A stretch of 64,000 nucleotides of DNA from Octopus vulgaris. Its lineage: Eukaryota. Below are positions 11,665-22,400 of the stretch, one piece after another; the first letter of the stretch is position 1, and the number at the start of each line of letters is the position of its first letter. Position numbers and translations under genes: made by a program. The notes below the pieces were generated by a model that worked only from the letters and a program-made list of their open reading frames with translations, was not told the origin of the DNA and did not search any database. The stretch covers positions 131,316,001-131,380,000 of the forward strand of contig OX597816.1 of assembly GCA_951406725.2 (NCBI GenBank), given 5' to 3'.

Positions 11665-12400
11665 TTTGCTTGTTTCACTTTATGGGCAGTGGCCATGCTG
11701 GGGCACCACCTTGAAGAGTTTAGTCGAACAAATCGAGTCAGAGGTAAAGAATACGCACACCACCCATTTTCGGCGTAACCCCAACCCTAACCGCCGAAAA
11801 CGGATGGTGTGCGTATTCTTTACCTTCCCCAAATCGATTCCAACAGTTATGCTTTTAAGCCTGGTACATATTCTATCATTCACTTTTTCCGAACCGGTTG
11901 TAGGAGACAAACATCATCATCGTCATTTAATGTCCATTGTCCATGTTGGCATGGGTTGTATGGTTTGACCGGGCTGCGCCAAACTCGTCTGATTTGGCGT
12001 GGTTTTCTACGGCTGGATGCCCTTCTTAACGCCAACCACTTGGAGAGTGTAATGGGTGCTTTTACGTGACACCGTTATCTGCTACGACTGCAATTTTGCT
12101 CGGTTTGATGGGTCTTCTCAAACGCGGCATAATACCAAAGGTCTTGGTCATTGCCTCCATGAGGCCCAACACTCGAAAGGAACTCAGTCTTCGTGAGGCT
12201 CAATGCTCGAAAGGTGTTCTTTACGTGTCACCAGCACAGCACACTATATAATATATATACACACAACGGTTTCTTTCATTTCCCGCCTACCAAATCCACT
12301 CACAGCATTGGTCGGCCCTATGTTATCATGGAAGACACTTGCCCGAAGTGCCGTCCAGTGTATCTCAATCCCAAACTACATGGTTGGGAAGCTTTTTAGA
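11665..12400 (-). mobile_element. Nested SINE with internal MITE and RTE-tail insertion
   Basis: SINE tail 11665-11910, RTE-tail element 11912-12240, SINE head 12260-12400. Confidence 0.65.
11737..11829. mobile_element. 93-bp hairpin MITE with telomere-like loop, inserted in a SINE
   Basis: Arms aggtaaagaatacgcacaccacccattttcggcg / cgccgaaaacggatggtgtgcgtattctttacct, loop taaccccaaccctaac. Flanking 8-bp duplication caaatcga at 11729-11736 and 11830-11837. Confidence 0.7.
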
Positions 12401-15400
12401 CCAATGTATTCTAAAATTATTTGCATAATTTTCTATATTTTTTTCCTGACACTTTTCTTATCCTATATTTCTTTAGGTCTTTTTCACATAAACTATCTTG
12501 CTGCAGTATTCAAGTCACTCTTTTCAGCTGGTTTTGATCCCTCATTGAAATGCAGATTATATCATGAAATTATACAAATTTCAATCTTAACAATTTAGTA
12601 TATGTGCTTTGTAAAAAGTCATTATTCCAACCATTTCTCATTAGAGTTCTGGGATTAATATGGTGTTATGTCTGATAATTCTTGAAGTGCAATATAAAGA
12701 ATATAGTCTCCTCTCAACCACCCTGACTTCTTTACTTAGCTTTAACCCAAATTATGCATTTATTCCTCTGCAGTTTTCATATATAAAATAAAAACTTTCT
12801 TGCATTTATGTCCACCAATCAATACATTAGGTCTGGTTAAATGATTTATATAATTATTAAATTAATCGTATTTGAGACAAAGCATAATCTTTATATAGTT
12901 TGGGCACTTTAATATATAAAAAAATATCTTAAATACAAGTGTAATCTATATAATCTTAATCTCTTATACAATATTATACTTGTATATTATTTGCACCCTG
13001 ATTACAATAATTTTCCTATTGGCTTTCAAGTCCATGAAAAAATATATCTTTTGTTCAAAACCTGATCAGATTCATGTTGACAGTATTTCTGTGTGAAATG
13101 CCTTTATCACCTTTTTCGTCCTCCATACATAATAAAAAAAAAAAATTACGATATGCACTTGTATAATTCGCAATGCAAGATCTAAAATAATTTTTCTATT
13201 TGAAGAAAAAGTTACCTTCTAAAAGAATGCAGTGAGGGTCTTTTTACCATTCAGATTACTGTCAAATGTAATACTTTTTTTTAAAAATAACATTGTATTG
13301 TAGGTATGAAAAGGTTGGATCCGGTAGAATATTTCGGCCAGATATGGCTGGTTTAAATGCTAAAGGGTTAGAAATGTAATAAAGATTGCAGTGGCTACAA
13401 CAAAAATCATAGCTTGATAGGTGTGTACATAAAGAAATAAAATATTAATTAGGTTTCAGAGACCTTGTTGCAGAATTGTGGTTAAAAAAAGAAAAGCAAA
13501 TACTGAAAGATTTTAAATGATGTTTTTTTTTCAGTCATAAAAATCCATTTATAAACTTGGCATGATTGCAAAGCAAGGGACATAAAAAGAAAAGTAATGG
13601 CGAGAATGCTAGAGTCAGTAATTTCTTATACTCTTTATTGCAATTTGAAACAAATGAAAATATCTTTCCAGTCATTTTGATTAGGCATGGGCCAGCATTC
13701 TTGACAAGTGAGCTTGTCACCAGGTGGGTTGCATTACTAAAAAATTCAAGGTATTTTTTTGATTTGCATGCTGTTTGTGAAGTTCTGCAGGCTGCAGTTT
13801 GCCCACAACTGATGTAGATCAAGTGTCCTAGTAAGTTTTTTTCATTCATTAATTATATATTTTAGTTTTACAAATGTTAATGCAATGTGATAAAAGTCCA
13901 ACCCAGCATTACAGAGATATATTTAACAATATATTCTGTATTGCACTCTTGAAAAATGCACATTGCCTTTTTTTGTTTCACTCTGAGACAAAGATGACCC
14001 ACACTTCTTTGGCTAGATTGATTAGCAGTGTATGAATGAACTAACTGAAAAACAAAGTGAAATAAAATCAATAAACATAATAGATGTAAAATAAAGTTGC
14101 TTTTATTACAGAATATCATAAACCAAGTGAATCCACATAAAGAGACTTCAAAATCTTTCCAAATAGAGCAAGCATTTATGTTGCACTCATTTTTCTGCCT
14201 TCTTTAACCCTTTAGCATATTCATGCATTGTCTTATACCTTTGAGGTTTTGATGAAGTAGTTGCTTATTTTGAGAATATTGTAGGGTACTTGTGAGGATG
14301 AATCCAATGATTGAAGTACATCTATTTGGGCCAGAGAGGTACTTTAACTCTTTAGCATTAAGATTACTTTCTCAAATATAATGCTTATTTATTAATATTG
14401 TTTTGAATTAATCATGCATTATCTCAGATTCAAGATTTCGATGCTGTGATTGTTCATCTTTTAGAAAGACATTGTAGAATAAGTGTGAGAGGCTGGATCT
14501 GACTGGTTTGAACACAAAATGGGTAGAATATTTTGGTTGATTTAAATGCGCCTTCATTAAATATTTTTCACCAAGCAGTTAATCAAATTAACTGTCACAT
14601 TCACGTCTTTCCTTGCTGACAGTTTATATGGGCTGTACAAAATCCCAATCCTTGTCATCTGGAACCTGCAACAATGAAATCTGGCTAACTTTGTTGTACT
14701 GGACATCATTTCTAATGTTGCCTTTGATTCTTCTTGGAATGACCTTTTACAGCTGGATGCCCTTCATTGTACTGTACACTAGAAGTTTCATTCCTTTCAT
14801 AGAAATGAAACCAGAATTGTCAATGTGAGGTAGTCTGCAACAAAAATTCATGAACTTTGCATTTTCCTCTCTAATGACAGGTGTTGCTGAAATTAATCTT
14901 TCCAGTAGCACATACAAACTGCATTCTAATTAAAACATTTTTTCAATGAAAGATACTATTTATTTCCTATGCATCTGATTGAGCATTCCAGCCATCACCA
15001 TCTGCCTAGGACTTAGATAATTAAGTCGTTTATAAAAATTAACACGTTTATTTTTTAAGGCAACAAGGTATAAATTAAGGGATATTAGAGTGCCATTTCT
15101 TACAGGTTAAGCAACTTCACTGACTGATATTTTTCTATAGCTTTTTTTTCGTTTTCAACTCATTTCACTCCTAAGTTAATACTTTTCGAAAACTGATACT
15201 TCATTTGAAACAGCAAAGCAACATAACAGGATAACTAAAATTGCTCAAGATCTAGAAATCAGTGTATTATGTATTTGCTTTAACCCCCTAGCATCCAGAA
15301 CTCTTGCAGCTTTGAGATTTCAATGACATGATTATTCATTTTTATAACAACGTAAATAAAGTAAGTGTGAGAGACTGGATCTGGTCATTTAGATGCTAAA

Positions 15401-16450
15401 GGGTGAAGTTAGAACCCATAACTTAAAGCTTTCACATTGGTGACTGATACCTGCTGGAAAATAAGGGCCCAGTAATTTTAATATGCAGCATCTGAAAGGT
15501 AAGACAAGTTCATTGTAAGGGTATATGGAGTTCATCTGTGAATCTTTACCAGAGTCTCAAAAGTTTGTTCCCTGAAAAGCTAAATTTGAAGCATATTCCC
15601 AGACATGTAACATCTCTTCTGTAGGATATGTTAGGGTGTTAGTCTTTGATGTAAAGATACATGAGGTAGCAAGATCAATTCCCAGACCAGACTGTGTTGT
15701 GTTCTTGAGTCAGACACTGCTTCATATTGCTCCAGTTCATGCAGCTGTAGCAGTGAGTTGCAATGTCACTGGTGCCAAGCCATATTATCCTTTGCCTTTC
15801 AATTGGGTAACATTGATGACATGAAGGGGAGGCTGGAATGCATTGCCAACTGCTGGTCTTCCATAAACAACCTTGCTCAAACTTGTTCCTTGGAGTGGAA
15901 CTTTCTAGGTGCAATCCCATGGTCATTCTTGACCAAAGGGCGTTTCACCTTTATAGCTGTTGGTAATGAATCGTTTCAGTCTTATTTTGACGTAATATAT
16001 TACATTGAAAAAAAAAAACAAGTTTCCAAATATTTAAAATTAGAATAGGTGTCTATTTAACAACTTAACCCTTCAGATTTTGAAAGTTTCTCGTTGTATT
16101 CTTGTTTAAATAGTATACAGTATCTAAATTTGCATTGACACTTCACTCCACTAAGCATGTAAAAAAAAAATAAAAATTCTCAACCAGCCAAAAGGAAAAG
16201 AAATTTGGCTGTTTGTATATTGTTAGAGTCGATAAATGGCAGGAGCACTTCATACAAGTAATTGTTGAATTACTAAATAAAAATCCACATCAACATTAGA
16301 TGAAACTTGTTAGCTTCTTTTTAAAACTATTGCCATAAGACATTAATTTATATTACTTTGACTTTTCAATTTGCAGGCTACCACAAAAACCATACGTTAA
16401 AGATACAATGACCAACTAAGATATCTTGTTTACATTAAGCAGAAGCAACC

Positions 16451-19400
16451 ATGTTAGTGCACCATGTTGAAGGAGTGTGTACTTACACATATGACCAGGA
16501 TCTTTATATCAATACAAGTAACATTCGATCAAACTCTCTTCTTGACCTTTGCTGCCAATATGTTGTTCAACATGCTTCATTAACTTTGCAAGCCTTGGAT
16601 TATCTTCCATCACATCTCTATAGAACTCTCACAGGATTTGCAGTTGTTGGCCATCGAGATAGGGCTTTAAACTTCTTATTACCAAACTGGCCAGATCAGA
16701 AAATGAGTGTCTTTGATTTAGTTCATGATCATTATACATCATTTAGTACAGTAGTACCTTGTACATGGGCAGAAGAGAAATACTACTTACCCAACTTCAT
16801 TATCACAACATTTGTCCATAAACTACTTCATTGCTTAGAAAGAGAACTTCCTCTAACATTACAGTTGTTGGACTTAAGCGGTTTTAATATAGGTAAGTGC
16901 TAAATACTTTGACATTTCATATGAAATCAATGTTTTTTAAAGTCAAATGACTGGTACTTTGTATTAAATCATTTCTCATATTGCTTCTGGGCCACTTTCT
17001 CAAAATCTTTAACTGTTAAAAGAGTATGTTTGTAATCAAGTCATTTTCCATAAAAATCAGTTTCACTCTTTCGAGAATTTCAGTTTATTACCTGTAATTT
17101 CTGCAGACTCTGCCAGCTTTCATCCTGTTTAGTTTGCATGTTTACAAGTCCCTGAACTTAATGGTCAAACTATTACTAAAACGATTTTAAATAAGCATCA
17201 AGATCGCTTGACTTGATGCAGGTATTGGCGTGTGGTTTGTCAACAGTCAACTAATAAATGAAATGGTTAGGGGGATCTGACAAAGATATATCCAAGGTGT
17301 GGATGGATGACTATCGTTGGCAATGGGTTTTTAGAGCTATAACTTAAGACAAAAGTTTCCTTAGGAGACGGATATTTTCTCAGTATCACATTGTTTTCTA
17401 TTTTACCAACACGCAAGAACGCTTAAGTAAAATGTAATACTGAAAAGGTGAAATGCGCCTATATTGTGTTAAAAACACACAAATGTTACTTAACTCATAA
17501 AAAGGATGAGGGTTCCCATCAACTTCCCAGTTGAAATGGGTACTTGTACCAGTGTATAAAACATTTCACCACTTTTGTTTTAATTCTGAATAATTTCAAC
17601 ATCAGTATACACACAGGTCTTACAGCTGATAAAATGGCACATCTAAAGGCCTAACTACAGATTTCTGCCCCTCCGATATTCGATGATCATAACTTTCAGA
17701 AAAATGGATATTTTTAAATAAAATTTCCTGCGAATATGTATTATATCATGTAGATTCTGAATATACAAATTTTTTTTGGCGCGGGCGACTTTAGGAGGGG
17801 GGTGCATATTTTTAAATGAAATTCTCTGCAAATATACCTCGGACAGGAAGGGGGTTATTTTTGAAAACCATTTCCCACTCGAAGGTGTTTCGGAACAAGT
17901 CGTCCATATTTTATTTTCTCTGCTTTTCCGTAGATTTCTACACACGATGTAGTGAAAAAAGTTCAAATGGGGAATTATTTAATTCATTATAGATTATGTA
18001 ACAAAATTAATTTTAAAAAAATCTGCGATTGAGATGAAATAGATCCACAAACTACACACTTCTATATTTAACTGAACGTGCATATTTCTTATTTATGCTT
18101 CTGCCTTTCTATTAGATACGTTTACCTGGGAATTTACTAAAAAAATAATATCGTATACAACAGATTAAGTTGTCTTAATAGCATATTTTTGTGTACCAGA
18201 CCGTTAGCTGTTATTTTTAGCATAACGAGCTTTCTGTTGAGGGCTTCATTTGCCTTCATTGCACGGATGAACACACAAAACGGGGAAAATGAAACAAACA
18301 CGGACGACTTGTTCCGGACCCCCCCCCCCCCCGAGCGGGCTACCCGAAGATAAATGACATGGACCGTACCCCCCACTTTTCGGTTACACCTTCAACTATG
18401 ATATAGTGCACAAACAAATTAAGATTGGGATGGTTTTTAGAGTAATCAATAAACTGAATGTTCGGGGGAATAGATTATAAAGCTAAATCGTCACTGGTCA
18501 CTAATCTGAGAACCCAGTCGAACAAGAACTACCTTATCGCCCGCATAACCGATATGGTCTTACAATTTATCTCAATTTGCATCATCATAAGCCATAAAAC
18601 TCAAGGCATTAATTGCTACGAAAACGAACCACGTGTACGCCATTATATTTGCACGAGACAACCTAACACGTTCGTGTCACATCGTTACCAATCAATATGC
18701 TATGCATATTATAAATAGTAATAAAATACAGTAAAGAATTCAGAATTTAATACAAGACATGGATTCTGTACTGCACTGTAATTTAAAAAAAAATATTAGA
18801 GGGATCGTTTGCCGGGTACTATTTAAGAAGATTGGTCCCGGTACGCGCATTCGCTAGTCGATCCTACGACTACCTAGCAAAGTAAATAAAACAAAATTTT
18901 TTTTACACAAACTAAATGTTTTAAAACAAAATAAAACAATGGATCGACTAGTCACGACTAGCGCGGCTGCGCATCGGGACCACTCTTCTTAAATAGTTTG
19001 TCGTAGGAAAAAAAAACCCGTTTACTTTTCCTATGAGTATAGGTTAGTTATACTATAACTTCAACTCACTAACAACATATCTAGCATATGAATTTAATTT
19101 TGAAGCAGAGATCTTCATACCAAGTTGTGAAAATGACACTATTCAGAATACCAATTTGTGAAATATATATAAAAAAAAAAAAAAAAATGAACGGATGTTT
19201 TAAAACGATGTCGATATTTTCATTTATGTTTAGTGTCTTCGGGGGACACACCACTCTTTTTACAGTAAACTGTTAATTAGGTAAGAACGTAACGGCGGTG
19301 TTGCAATTTTTTGGCTCTAATTTCTGAAAACGATTGACCGCCATGTGAGCCTCACTTCAGAATAAAAATGGCATCCATATTGTCGATGAAGAAACTGCCG

Positions 19401-22400
19401 GAACGAAATTCAGAATGGTAACCGATAAATGAAATAGGATTGTTAAATGGAAATCAAATAAATGCTAGATAAATCAGACATATTAAGTGTTCAATTGATA
19501 TAAACGATAACGTAAATAACGGTGGTAGAAACGGAATATATTCATGAACAGCGAACACACAAAAAAATTCAAGTAAATAAAAAGAAAATTATACCTCCAA
19601 TACACTCCTTTATTCTTGACACGCATTACGTGAAAATGAACAATTTCTGATTAGAATAATAATAAAAAAAAAAAGAGTGAGTCTAAACAGTCATTTTCCC
19701 ATAGGTGTGTCTTTTTCCCTTAATGTTGTTAAACGAAGCCAAATTAGTTAATAAGGCCAATAGGGGGAATTGAGAGCCACGTGTTCATTAACACGGATGG
19801 AGAAAAAAGTTCTTCATTCATTCTCTACATTCATTGTCTGAAGACCTTTGAAAGTAGCACATGGAACATGAGAGACAAGTGTGTAGAGTTTGTGTGGTGA
19901 ATCTTCATCTTCATTACGTCGGCGAGAAAGCTTAACACGCACGCGGAAAGGTACATGTCGGATGCCTTTAGACCAAATGTGTTTGTTCAGCTTTGTGTCA
20001 ATACGAACATCCTTGGTTCTCATCATCTTTTCAGCGAACAACTTGATCTTTTTTATGGCTTTTGGTGCCTTTTTCTTCAGCTTCACGCCATAGACTTTCT
20101 TGTGTAGATGAATGGTACATTCCTTAGTAATAACATCATTCATAGAAGACTTCTTCCTCTCAAACTTTTGCTTCGCCATCTTTAGTCAGAAAGACCGGAA
20201 CGAGGCTTGAGGCTTAATTTATATCAGTCGCCACTACTGCCACCTAGCAGCGAGACTGAAGGGGAATAACTCTAAACTACACTTAGTTTTCGCTTTCCTA
20301 CTGCAATTGTTTACTTTCTCTTTTGTTATGCTACTGGATAAGTACATAATTAATGCGGCTTTTTTTCAACAAATTTTATTCAACAAAAACAATAACAATA
20401 TTTATCTTTAAATGACGGTCTGACCGTCTGGGATGGTGAATATGGTCTGGAATAATCATTTAAACATGTTTTTGTTCCATGTTATTGTTTTTGTTGAAAA
20501 AAAAAAGCCGCAATAATTATGCACCAACCGAAGAGTATTGTAAACTAGTTATTGTAAAATAACTAATTTTATTTCTTATATTCTATTCAATAAAGATTTA
20601 TGTATCAAATCATATATGGTAAATTTTTTTTTCAAGATTATTTGTAGAACTTAATATATGTCGTAATCTGGACTCGGAGGCGTATCAACTCGATATGACA
20701 CAACTAATTGGAAGGAGAGGGGAAGTTGGTACTAGAAGATGTGTAAGAATCATAGGGGCACGGCAGAAAATGTGTCTGGATGAAGTGGAGGCAGACGATG
20801 GAGCAGAATGCCACCTGGTGGATATAAAAGTAGAACCCACAGAGGGTTTATGATGTCCTTCCCAGGCCATCCAACCTGTTTACTTAAGACAGAAATGAAA
20901 ATACCTGCATGACACTTGTGTTCTAAGAGAGCCCCCGCTCTCCCGAACACATTCAAAGCAGCTGTTCTGAGGCACTAAATGAAGGAGACTGTGACTGCAT
21001 TCACATTTAGATTCTCAAGTGATGTTCAGCAAGAAGATCAAGTGACAGTCCACACTATGTTAAGGGAGCACGGCTGAAAAATGAACTAAGGATATCTCTG
21101 ATAGCTTGATTTCTACAGTACACAACTGGGTGATGAAAGTTGAGCTAGAGAATGAGCTAAAATTTACATCAAATATTACTGAGAATGTGTTGATACCACA
21201 TATTTTGGTTTTTGAAGCAACAAGTTAGCTCATCCTAGTGGAGTTAACTGTATATTGGGAGAGGAAGGGAGCTGAGTTCCAGAAGGTGGGCAATCAAAGA
21301 TTTGCAGATCAAACATTGGGCATTGCAAAAATGAGCAGAAGAAGAACCATCTAGAACAACTTCTAGAGGTTGCTGAGAAAGTATCTAGTTTGTTCTAGCT
21401 GAAGAGAGGTGAGTTGTGGGGTTAGTAGAGCACCATATGTTGTAAGACCCAAAACATCCAGTAACTCCAGGATTCAGTACTAGTGATGTGTCTAGGTACT
21501 GAGTCTGTAGACATTGAATTACATAATTGCTTAATGCATATACTCTTTTATTGGGTTCAGTCATTGGATTGCAGCCATACTGGGTCATCACCTTCAAAAG
21601 GTTTTAGCTGTATTGACCTCTGGCACTTATTTTATGAAGTAAAACCCAGAAACGTATTTACCTTTTAAGAGCAGAAAAACAAAGTTGACATGCATGTAAA
21701 AGCATGGTGTGGAACAAATATATGCAGTATATTTGTTCCACACTATGCTGGTATACATTTGAAATATTTTCACCTCATGTATATAAAATTTTGAAGCAGA
21801 TTATTCACTCCATCATTATTCTGAGTGCCTCTATGTGTGATCTTTTCGTTGGCAGAAAGATTGCATATTGCAAAAAAGTCTTAACAACATCAGAATGAAT
21901 TATCAATTTCATGTATATCTATGTGTGTAATTTATATATATATAGTGTAGATCCTAGTAGGGTAAAAAAAATCAGTGTATTTCCAATACAGCACTCTATG
22001 TGAGCTCTTGGCTATCTACAATCTCATACAATAACTGAGAAAAATTGGAAATCCACTGATGTACAAACTCCAGGTGCTTTACTGGTAAAAGCAGTATATA
22101 AGCATTATGAAAAGTACCATATAAGGAGATGGAGAGCAAATATAATACAACTTTGATATTTGTTACAGTTGTTTCTGTACCACTCCATTCAAACTACATT
22201 GCATGTTGATAACTGTGATGGTTGAATACATCAGAGTGGCGCTTCATCAAGTCATACCTCTTTTCATTGTGTAAAGAATATATGTATTTTATGTTGTTTG
22301 TATAGGGAGGAAACAGAATAAAGAGTTCAAAAATAATAATAAAAAATAACATTTTCTATGTTAACCACTAAAGGTTCACAAAATGATCTAGAACAATATA

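Noticed and set aside
20167-20179. RPL31 and GTF3C4 both start ATGGCGAAGCAAA (13 nt identical, MAKQ)
   Set aside because: ATGGCG is a common Kozak/YY1 start and the similarity does not extend. Most likely coincidence.
19814-20179. RPL31 as a horizontal transfer or parasite (e.g. dicyemid) contaminant
   Set aside because: Residues such as HLHK, FAEKMM and EDSPHK look lophotrochozoan, and the host gene's exons are in phase on both sides. It is unsupported without a phylogeny, though not formally excluded.
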